A stretch of DNA of 64,000 nucleotides from Hypanus sabinus (taxonomy: Eukaryota): positions 27,590,001-27,654,000 of the forward strand of contig NC_082709.1 in the NCBI RefSeq assembly GCF_030144855.1, given 5' to 3'. Under the pieces are notes generated by a model, which had not been told where the DNA came from, ran no database searches, and saw nothing but the letters and a program-made list of their open reading frames with translations. The translations under genes were made by a program, and so were the position numbers. Of this stretch, positions 53,779 through 64,000 are shown one piece after another. Numbering within the stretch: the stretch's first letter is position 1; each line of letters starts with the position of its first letter.

Positions 53779-54934
53779 AGTGCTTCTCCCTATAGATGCT
53801 GCCTGGCCTGCTGTGTTCCACCAGCATTTTGTTTAATTTAATACAACTGTTTCATTCAGAAGACATAGCCATTGTCAAAAAGATGGAAATTAAAATGAGC
53901 TAGGGTAGAACTGAGAAAAGACTAGAGATCGAGAAGGTGCAACAAGAACCACCATACATTAACAACTACGATAAATTCTTGTTAATTTTATTAATCTTCG
54001 TGTAGTGTAGCTTTGGTATTGCAAATTATTTAAAGTGTATGCAGAATTACAGTATGTAACTGGTTAAGTTTAAAATGATCAGCTTGATTTATTTAAGTCT
54101 CTAAAGAAGGGTTTGTGTGAATTGCATCATTAATTAAGACGATCTTCCTCTTATAACAGATGAATGAGTCAAATCTTGTTCTGGAAGTGAAAAAAAACAA
54201 AAAAAACCTTTGTCTGAAGAAGCCTGTATGAAACCAGAAGGGGAAACAATCTTGTATTGGGAGGGAACAGGCACAGTAGAGATTGCATAGTACAGATACA
54301 TCCAGTCTGGGGATTAGATTAAACATTGCAGTGTATAAAAGATTATAAAAATAAAAAATGCAAACTGGTTTTTGAAGTTAGGATAATATGAGTAAGCAAA
54401 GGTGGCATGTTTATAAATGAGACAAACTAGAAATCCCTTTGAATTGAAATTGATTACATTAATAATGGTAGAGGAGAAATCAAAAGAATTAGAAGTTTAA
54501 AAACTATTAGGAAAAATATTATTAAATTAAACAGTTGGGGGAAGAAAAATAGTGAAATAGTGTACAGAGACATTAAAAATAAGATTGGGTTAAGAATAGA
54601 GACATTGAAAGATAAACGGGATAGCACCATGAGTGATGACATGCAGAAATTATGAAATCGTGATTTTACTTTATTTACTGGAAAGGTAGAACAGATGGGC
54701 ATGGCATTGGATGATGAGATGAGGATTGCAATAAATACATTTAAATAGAAGAAATATATTATTAAATATGAATATGAAATGCACAAATCAGCAGCAAACA
54801 AATTGTACCCAAGCATTGTAACGGGTTCTGTGAAAGAAATAGTAAAAGTATTACTGTACACATTTTCTGAACACATTAGAAAAGGATACTGTTCTTGAAG
54901 ACTGAGTACATAATGTACAGTCCTCCTCTTTGTA

Positions 54935-56193
54935 TAATGGATTCTTGTTAGTTGGGCCACGTTTAATTGGGGGGCAGCCATTTATTTGGGACAACTCTTG
55001 GAGAACAAAAGTTGATCTGTAAAATAGCCAGGATTCCCTTTATTTATTTGGGACGCTATGCCGCTTATTTCAGACAGGAAGCTGTTGCTGAGCCATGTCT
55101 AACTAGTACTAGATGCGTACACTTGTGTGGTTGTTAGATTCCAAGCCATGCTTAAAGCAAACAGTTTTTCAATAACATCAGTTGCATGCGCTTTTATTCA
55201 AAAAGCAGTGATTTTGGTCACAGATAATTGGTAAGAAATAAGTAGTAAGACAAGTCAGAGCCATTTTGCTCACTGTGGTTTCAAGCAGTCAGTCTTGGAG
55301 ATGACAGAAATGGCCGGGAGTGAAAATGAAATGATTTCACTATTTCAACAAGTTAGAATCTAAGAAGAATTTCAAGGTATCAACAATTATCTTGAATGCT
55401 AAAATAGAAATTAAGACTTGGAGAATGCAATCATCAATAGAATTGTATGAAGGCAGACCATTATTTATACTTGATATCTGTACTGATTTGGTTCATTTAT
55501 AGTCAATCAAAAGAACGTGGTGGTGTTATTGCATGATTGAAACCACCGGAGAAAAGTACTGGTAGATACAAAGCAGCAGCTTTATTCAACAAAAGAAGGT
55601 ACAGCAGGCATCATAAAGAGACTCTTTCAGTCAGAAGGTCTCACTGGCCCAACGAGGGGCCTGGTGTATTATGTGCTAAACATCAAAGGACAATTCCATA
55701 TTTACAAAGTATGGACAATGTTTTCTTTGAAACTACACAGAAACTTTACATCTCCATATTCGCATACACACTACAGACATCCAGATTAATTATAAGCAGC
55801 ATTGTCTGGTCTGGGTTTCATGGCTTTTAGGAACCCATTGTTCAGAGTTGCACGCCGAATTAAATCCACAATGCACATTCAGATGTGAAGATTGGCAGCC
55901 AAAGTCATTTGCTAAATGTAAATACGTTAAACGCAAAAATAGTTCTATCAGCAGCTAAAGGTACACTGGATGAATTTCTCTGATAACAATTAGGAACTAA
56001 TACAGTTATATAGCAGTATAGATAGTGTTCAAATATGTTATGTTTTTCATTTAAGTACATAATTTGTTACTCAGTTAAACAGTAGTTTGTCATTTTTATA
56101 CCCTTTTTAACTATTTCTATGAAACTTCGGGACAGGCACTGAAATCAGCAAATTGCACTGGTTCCAATGTGTCCAATTAACCAGAATCCACTG
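54935..56193. mobile_element. Non-autonomous Tc1/mariner-pogo (Tigger-like) element, with a probable ~430-bp internal insert (~55524-55960)
   Basis: TA-flanked degenerate TIRs TAATGGATTCTTGTTAGTTGGG / CCAATTAACCAGAATCCACTG-TA. Confidence 0.6.
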
Positions 56194-56539
56194 TATTTAG
56201 GTACTACATGGCCTGGAAATACAATTAGCCAGTTTAACTTGGTCTTAAAAAAAATTGCAGCTTTTCTGCAAAGGGAAAGAATAGTGGAACATCTAGAACA
56301 ATATTCCCTCTTTTTGTTTTACAGCTGCTCAGACCAATCTTTGCTCTGAGCAGGAAATTTTTACACTGCCTGAAAATTGCATGGCATTTTAACAAAACAT
56401 TATATAAAAGAAAATTCCAGCTGTGAGGGAGTATTTCAGTTATTGCACAACCTTGCACCTGCACATCTTAGTGGGAACAATGATTTAGAAACAAAGTAGA
56501 ACATGGAACATACAACATGAACAGTATAGAACAGTATGT

Positions 56540-58590
56540 GTTCCTTCGTCTTGCCCTTCTTGAAGTCCACAATCAGCTAGTTCGTCTTACTGATGTTGAG
56601 TGCCAGGTTGTTGCTGTGGCACCACTCCACATGTTGGCATATCTCACTCCTGTACGCCCTGTTATCACCACCTGAGATTCTACCAACAATGGTTGTATTA
56701 TCGGCTGATTTAAAGATGATATTTGAACTATGCCTAGCCACACAGCCATGTGTATATGGAGAGTAGTGCAGTGGGCTAAACACACACCCCTTGGGTGCGC
56801 TAATGTTGATCGTCAGTGAGGAGGATATGTTATCACCAATCCGCACAGATTGTGGTCTTCTGGTTAGGAAGTAGAGGATTCAATTACAGAGACAGGTACA
56901 GAGGCCCAGGTTCTGCAACTTCTCAATCAGGATTTTGGGAATATTGGTATTAAATACTGATCTATAGTCGATGAACAGCATCCTGACACAGGTGTTTGTG
57001 TTGTCCAGGTGGTCTAAAGCCATATAGAGAGCCATTCAGATTGTGTTTGCCGTTGACCTATTGTGGTGATAGGCAAAATGCAATGGGTCCAGGTCTTTGC
57101 TGAGGCAGGAGTTCAGTCTAGTCATGACCAACCTCTCAAAGAATTTCATCACTGTCAATGTGAGTGCTACTGGGCAATAGTCATTAAGGCAGCTCACGTT
57201 ATCTTCTTAGGCACTGGTATAATTGTTGCCTTTTTGAAGCAAGTGGAAACTTCCGTCCCTAACAGTGAGAGGTTGAAAATGTCCTTGAATACTCTTGTTA
57301 GTTGGTTGGCACAGATTTTCAGAGACTTACCAGGTACTCCATCGGGACCCTCCACCTTACAAGGGTTCACCCTTTTTAAAGACAGCCTAGCATTGGCCTC
57401 TGATTCAGAGATCACAGGGTCATCAGGTGCAGCAGGGATCTTCACAGCTGTAGTTGTATTCTCCCTTTCAATGTAGGCACAGAAGCTGTTGAGTTCATCT
57501 GGTAGTGAAGTATCACTGCCATTCATGCTATTGGGTTTCACTTTGTAGGAAGTAATATCTTGTAAATCTTGCCAGAGTTGCTGTGCATCCAATGTCGCCT
57601 CCACCCTCATTTGAAATTGTCTCTTCGTCCTTGAAATAGCCCTCCAGAAATCATACCTGGTTTTCTGGTATGGGCCTGGGTCACCAGACTTGAATGTCAT
57701 AGATCTAGCCTTCAGCAGGTGATGTACCTCCTGGTTCATCCACGGGTTTTGGTTTGATAATGTATGGTAAGTCTTTGCAGGCACACACTCATCCACACAG
57801 GTTTTAATGAAGTCGGTAACGACTGCAGTATACTCATCCAGTGGCAGTGGCAGAAGGCAGTGGAGGCCAATTCTCTGGATGCTTTCAAGAAAGAGTTAGA
57901 TAGAGCTCTTAAAGATAGTGGAGTCAAGGGATATGGGGAGAAGGCAGGAACAGGGTATTGATTGTGGATGATCAGCTATGATCACACTGAATGGCGGTGC
58001 TGGCTCAAAGGGCTGAATGGCCTACTCCTGCACGTATTGTCTATCCAGGTCTTGGTCCTCACTATTGGTGCTGCAGTCTTCAGTCTTTGCCTATACTCAG
58101 GGAATAGAAGTACAGCCAGCTGATCAGACTTCCTGAAGTGAGGGCATGAAATAGCATGGTTGCATTCTTGATGGTGGTGTAGCAATGGTCCAAAGTTTTG
58201 TTTTGTTTGGTATTGCAAGTGATCTGTTAATGGTAATAAAGCCAATCAGCATGCTCTCAATGTTGCCCCTTTAAAAGGTCTTGAGGATCTGGGGGCCCAT
58301 GCCGAACTTCTTCGGTCACCTGAGGAGGAGGAGACACTGTTGTGCTTTTTTTTTGCCACAAAGTCATTGTGTACAGTCTCAGGTGAGATCACTCTCCCAA
58401 TTGCAGACCCATTGATGTTGATCAGAGCGAGCCTGTCTCCGTTCCTCCTGTAATCCACAATCAGCTCTTCTGGTTTTTGAACATTGAGGGAGAGATTGTT
58501 AACCCGGCACCACTGTGTCAGGGTGTCAATCTCTCCTCTGTAGGCTCTGTTATCACCGCTTAAAAATAAGGCTGATCAAAGACGTGTCAT
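56540..58590 (-). mobile_element. Rex1/Babar remnants with a CR1 3' end (+, ~57840-58045) inserted
   Basis: 200-aa ORF 57194-57796 (NPWMNQEV...LPDELNSF...VFKDIFNLSL...TCFKKATIIPVPKK); ISAPKGCVFSPL; CR1 WQKAVEANSLDAFKKELDR. Confidence 0.8.
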
Positions 58591-58619
58591 TCTTCCCTGA
58601 AAGTCCTTGATCTGCCTCC

Positions 58620-61600
58620 CTCAGCAACCCAGGTAGCACATTCTGGGGGGGGGGGGTGGTTGTGTGTGTGTGTACACACACCTTATCCTCGCATCTAATC
58701 TGTAATTGCCCCATCTCACCTTTAATACATGACCTCTGGTATTAGACATTTTAATCCTGGAAAAAAGATACCGTTTGCCTACTCTATCTTTGCCTCTCAT
58801 AAACTTATAAACCTCTATCAGATCTCCTCTCAGCCTCTGCTGCCCAGAGAAAGCACCCAGAGAAAGCTTCTCATTATAGCACATGCCCTCTAATCCAGGC
58901 AGTACTCTAGTAGACCTCAGTCTGGACACGCTCCAGAGTCTTGCTATCCTTCCTATAATGTGGCAACTGGTACTGTATGCAATACTACAGATGTGGCCTG
59001 ACTAAAATTTTACAAACCCCATTTCCAGAAAAGTTGGGATATTTTCCAAAATGCAATAAAAACAAAAATCTGTGGTATGTTAATTCACATGAACCTTTAT
59101 TTAACTGGCAAAAATACAAAGAAAAGATTTTCAATAGTTTTACTGACCAACTTAATTGTATTTTGTAAATATACACGAATACAGAATTTGATGGCTGCAA
59201 CACACTGAACAAAAGTTGGGACAGAGACATGTTTACCATTGTGTTACATCACCTTTCCTTTTAATAACACTTTTTAATTGTTTTGGAACTGAGGATACTA
59301 ATTGTAGTAGATTTGCAATTGGAAATTTTGTCCATTCTTGCTTGATATAAGACTTCAGCTGCTCAACAGTCCGTGGTCTCCGTTTTCTGATTCTCCTCTT
59401 CATGATGCGCCATACATTTTCTATAGGAGATAGATCTGGACTGGCAGCAGGCCAGTCAAGCACACTCACTCTGTGTCTACAAAGCCACGCTGTTGTAGCC
59501 CGTGCAGAATGTGGTCTGGCATTGTCCTGATGAAATAAGCATGGACGTCCCGGGAAGAGACGTCGCCTTGATGGTAACATATGTCTCTCTAAAATCCTAA
59601 TATACGCCTCAGAGTCAATGGTACCTTCACATACATGCAACTCACCCATGCCATGGGCACTGATGCACCCCCATACCATCACAGATGCTGGCTTTTGCAT
59701 CTTTCGCTGATAACAATCAGGATGGTCGTTTTCATCTTTGGCATGGAGAACTTGACACCCGTTTTTTCCAAAAACTAGCTGAAATGTGGACTCATCTGAC
59801 CACAGCACATGGTTCCACAGTCTTTCAGTCCATCTGAAATGAGCTCGGGCCCAGAGAACTCATCAGCGTTTCTGCACAGAGTTGAAGTATGACTTCCTCC
59901 TTGCATAATACAGTTTCAAGTTGCATTTCTGGATGCAGCAACAGACTGTGTTAAGTGACAATGGTTTTCTGAAGTACTCCTGAGCCTAGGTGGCTATAAT
60001 TGTCACAGCAGCATGACGGTTTGTTAGGCAGTGCCACCTGAGGGCTCGAAGATCATGCGCGTTCAACGGTGGTTTCTGACCTTACCCTTTACGCACTGAG
60101 ATCTCTCTGAATTCTCTGAATCTTTTCACAATATTATGTACTGTAGATGTTGAAAGACCCAAATTCTCTGCAATCTTGCGTTGGGAAATGTTCCTTTAGA
60201 ACGGACTAACAATTCTCTCATGAATTTTGGCACAAAGGGGTGAGCCGTGACCCATCCTTGCTTGCAAAGACTGAGCCTTTGATGGACGCTACTTTTATAC
60301 CCAGACATAATACCTCACCTGCTACCAATTAGCCTGCTTAATGTGGAGTCTTCCAAACCGGTGTTACTTGAATATTCTGTGCACTTTTCAATCTTATTTT
60401 AACTCTGTCCCAACTTTTGTTGAGTGTATTGCAGCCAACAAATTCTAAATTTGTGTATATTTACAAAATACAATTAAGTTGTTCAGTAAAACTATTGAAA
60501 ATCTTTTATTTGTACTTTTGTCAGTTAAATAAGGGTTCACGTGAATTAACATATCACAGATTTTTGTTTTTATTGCATTTTGGAAAATATCCCAACTTTT
60601 CTGGAAATGGGGTATGTATAAATCTGGAACTTAACTTTCTGACTTTTGAAATCAATGCTTGGACTAATAAAGGCAAGAATGCTATATGGTTTCTGAACCA
60701 CTCTATCAACCTGTGTGGCCACTTTCAGGGAGCTATGAACTTGGATCCAAAGATCTCCCTGCTCATCAACACTTAAGGGTCTTGTTCTTAACAGTGTACA
60801 GTCTCTTTACATTTGACCTATCAAACTGGGTTAAACTTCATCTGCCATTTCTCCTCTCATATCTAATACAGATCTATATCCTGCTGGTTTTTCTTCCAGT
60901 CATCTATGCTTTCCACAGCTCCACAAATCTTCATATCATCTGCTAATTTAGTAATCCACCCATCTACACTTTCATCCATGTCATTTACTGCATATATGTG
61001 CATCACAAAAGGCAGAGGTCCCAGTACAGATCCCTGCAGAACACTAAGCATAGACCTCTAGCGGAGATAAATCTCTTCAATTACCATCCTCTCTCTTAAA
61101 TGGGCGGACCAGTTCTGAATCTAAACAGCTAATTCACCATTGATCCCATGTATCTTAATCCTCTGGATGAGCCTCCTATGAGGGACCTTGTCAAACGCCT
61201 TATTAACATCCACAGCTCTACTTTAATCAGTCACCCATGTCACCTCATCAAAATGCTCAATCAAGTTGGTAAGACATGACTTACACAAAGCCATGGCTGG
61301 CTCTCTCCAATTCGGCCATAGTTTTCCAAATGCTCATAAATCCTTTCTCTAAAGATTCTCTCCATTAACTTGCCTACCACTGATGTGAGATTCACTAATC
61401 CTTCGCTTCTAGGATTATCCCTAATTCCCTTCTTGAATATTGGAACAACATACATTACTTTCCAGTCCTCCGAGACCTTGCCTGTAGCTAAAGAAAACAC
61501 AAAGATATTGGTTAAAGCCCCAGCAATCTCTTCAGTTGCCTCTCTCAATAACCTGGGGTATATCGCATCAGGCCCTGGGGACTTATCCACCTTAGCATTC

Positions 61601-63060
61601 TTTAAAAGACTCAGCACTTCCTTCTCCTTTACCTCAATGCCCTAACATATTAATAGTTGTGGTACTGATCTCCCTGTCCTTCATGTCCTTCCTGGTAAAT
61701 GCTGATGTAAGTACTCATTAAGGACCTCACCCACAAGCAAATGTTCCTCCCATCTTTAGCCTTGAATGGTCCCACCCTCTCCCTCATTGTGCTCTTGTTC
61801 GCCCCCCCCCCACCACCTCCCCTGGCTTTGCTAATTCCCTTCTCAAATTCTTTTCTAACTTTGTTATAATCTTCCAGGGCACTGTTTGATTCTAGCTTTC
61901 TAAACTTCTGGTTCAAATTTAAGGTTAATTATTATTCAACCATATGTGAATATGCATAAATGCAGTCCAATGAAACGGTTCCTCTTGGGCCAAGATAAAA
62001 AACACAGTACTACAGTCATACACAACATAAAGCACATTTAGCACATTTAAGATAGGCAAGTAAACATATAGTCACACAAAAAAAAATGTAGCCCATGTCC
62101 CTGAGTGACAAGTCCTGTAAACTGATGGTTCATGGATTTTGTTGGCAAGCACAGGCAGCTCTCAGCAGTCCGCAGTCAAATGCATGCTATCCAGCTTGTT
62201 ATTCCACTGATTGAACACTGGAGGACAGCACCGATGGAAGGGGCCAACCTCCAATTCAGCATGGACACCATGCTGCACTGCCTCCAGTGTCTCCACTCCT
62301 GGACAGGTAAAGCAGGGCAGCCCCTGGTTTGAGGCCACACAACTCTCCTGCTGTCTGTCTCACTAGTAAACAAGGGAAATGGACTTCTAGCATTTTACAT
62401 TTTCAATGTCCAATAAGGTCTTCGGTCACAAGAAAAACATCCAGGACAATCACCTGCTGTTAGACTGTACAGCACCTTTGCACTGATTCTGATACCTTCC
62501 TGTAGCAGGCAGTCACACTGATCCAGATCATCCACCAATGAGTAGCTCACTGATGGGGTAGACCTGCAGTACCTGAAGTTCTTCATGTCTAGCATTGTTC
62601 AGTCAATTGAGGAGAGAAAGATATTAAAAGTGACAAAAACAACTTTGGTTGGCCACTGAGAGGCCGCTGCGCCTAAATGTACCGCTATCTTACTGGAACT
62701 TCAGATACTTCAGCTTTTCCTTCTTGACTAAATTCATCACCTCCCTTGATCTCTAAGGTTTCCTTAACTTGCTACCCTTGTCCTGACTAGAACATACCTG
62801 TCCTGTCCTCTATGCAGTTGGTCCTTAAACACCCTCTGCATGTCAGATGTGGACTTGCCCAAAAACAACTGTTCCCAATTAACTCTCCCTAGTTGCTGCC
62901 TAATGTTCTCATAATTTGCCTTGCTCCAGTTTAATACTCTCCTGCAACATCCATAATTGCCGTTATCTATAGTTATTTTAAACATTAAGGAGGGTTGTGG
63001 TCACTGTTTCCCTAACTGCTCACCCACTGAATGGTTAGTCAACTGGCCAGTATAGCCCCC
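58620..63060 (-). mobile_element. Fragmented CR1 LINE hosting the Tc1 element and an unclassified ~61915-62700 insert
   Basis: RLRGDLIEVYKFMRG, LQGSVLGPLPF...KLADDMK, DKSPGPDAIYPRLLREA, LNWSKANYE. Confidence 0.8.
59013..60616 (-). mobile_element. Full-length (1604 bp) Tc1 DD34E transposon with ~210-bp IR/DR-type TIRs; transposase pseudogenised
   Basis: TA TSD at 59011-59012 and 60617-60618; TIR CAAACCCCATTTCCAGAAAAGTTGGG; catalytic WSDE...QDNARPH-x-SPDLSPIE (34-residue spacing) in ORF 59233-59808; N-terminal HTH from ATG ~60255 has stops and a frameshift. Confidence 0.95.
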
Positions 63061-63204
63061 CCCGCCATTGTTGGAAGTATAATAATCAATATTTGGCTTG
63101 ATTTTTACAAGAGAAGATTGTCCTGACCAAATTTATTAAATATCTTGAGGGCAATTAAGTCACTTATCAAGTTTTAATAAGGCTTTTGCTAAGGGACCCC
63201 ATAA

Positions 63205-63870
63205 TAGACCATAAGACATAGGAGCAGAATCAGGCCCTTCAGCCAACCAAGTCTGCCAATTGATTATAACTGATTTATTTTTCTTTTCAACCCTATTCTC
63301 TTGCCTTCACCTTATGATCTTTGACACCCTTACTAATCCAGAATATATCAACCTACTTCAACTATACTGACCTGGACCTGTACTCTTCCAGATTGAAGAA
63401 GAGGGCGGGGAACATCATAAAGGACTCCTTCCATCCTGCGCACGGACTGTTTGAACTGCTTCCGTCTGGTAGGCGCTTCAGATCCCTCCAGACTAAGACT
63501 AATAGGCACTGGAGAAGTTTTTTCCCTACTGCGGTCACTTTGCTGAACAGTTAACTGCCGGTTAACTGTTGGCTAACTATTACTTGGATTGCACTACTTG
63601 TATGTATAATCTATATTTTCATTTATATTTATCATTATTATTGTTATGAGCAGAGAGACAACATCTGCCGGAAGTAAATTCCTTGTATGTGCACAGGTAC
63701 TTGGCGATTAAAGTCTGATTCTGATTCTGATTCTAATGATACGGCCTCCACAGCCATCATTAGTAATGAATTCCAATGATTCACCATTCTCTGGCTAAAA
63801 AAAAACCTTTCTGATCTTGTAATCTGAAGCTATGTCTTCTGGTCCTAGATTCCCCAACTATTGGAAACAT
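63205..63870. mobile_element. CR1/HE1-type 3' tail (-) interrupted by a young Rex1 3' end (+, ~63366-63734)
   Basis: AGACCATAAGACATAGG tail; KRAGNIIKDSFHPAHGLFELLPSGRRFRS; (GATTCT)n tail. Confidence 0.75.
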
Positions 63871-64000
63871 CCTTTCTGCTTTCTGCAGGGATCTCTCCCT
63901 GCATGACTTCCTTGTCCGTTCATCCCTCCCCACTGATTTTCCTCCTGGCACTTATCCTTGCAAGCAGAACAAGTGCTATCTCTGTCCTTACACCGCCTTC
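63870..64000 (+). mobile_element. Penelope-like fragment (runs off the window)
   Basis: Strong similarity to ~53420-53555 (TTTCTGCAGGGATC...CCTGGCACTTATCCTTG...AACAAGTGCTA). Confidence 0.75.

Larger units (their letters stand above)
51912..53830. mobile_element. Penelope-like retroelement insertion with internal inversion and 16-bp TSD
   Basis: TSD GTTTAATTTAATACAA at 51896-51911 and 53831-53846; GIY-YIG remnant HFTCESAGVVYCVRCSRCGLLYISETRR...RFAEHLRSV (+, ~53600-53740) and C-terminal LRLEEQHLIYRLGSLQPEGMNIDF (-, ~53062-53220). Confidence 0.9.

Noticed and set aside
54454-54981. 175-aa hydrophobic ORF resembling a membrane protein
   Set aside because: Antisense reading of an A-rich tract that gives F/L/I bias; crosses a transposon boundary
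29831-64000. JAZF exon 2 (expected DTDPRVLEKQE...-like peptide)
   Set aside because: Not found by eye; JAZF1 intron 1 is very large in other vertebrates, so it probably lies beyond the window, though a divergent exon could have been missed

Overview
Eukaryotic (vertebrate) genomic DNA, AT-rich and densely filled with decayed transposons. The repeat mix (CR1 LINEs with TATGGT/CATAGA-type tails, Rex1/Babar, Penelope-derived palindromes) looks like a cartilaginous fish, probably a ray or shark; this is pattern recognition, not a database result. Most ORF-track entries are TE fragments or noise. The real host genes are: (1) a complete 4-coding-exon ATP synthase subunit c gene (ATP5MC family) on the minus strand, 19546->6780, 144 aa, whose 75-aa mature part matches mammalian subunit c; (2) the first coding exon (29716-29830, +) of a divergent JAZF1-like zinc-finger gene, head-to-head with ATP5MC, whose first intron appears to fill the rest of the window; (3) a CpG-island promoter and non-coding first exon at ~3.3-4.0 kb (minus strand), inferred from synteny to be an ATF2/ATF7/CREB5-family gene. 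Mobile elements include a full-length Tc1 (DD34E, IR/DR ends), an internally deleted hAT with an 8-bp TSD, an RTE LINE, solo-LTR-like inserts, and Penelope-like elements carrying minimal hammerhead ribozyme motifs. The most interesting observations are an ATF-family/ATP5MC/JAZF gene order that suggests a retained 2R ohnolog, and a Penelope-derived palindromic insertion whose spacer is a 49-bp copy of DNA 3.3 kb away. I do not see convincing evidence of a wholly new multi-gene system.
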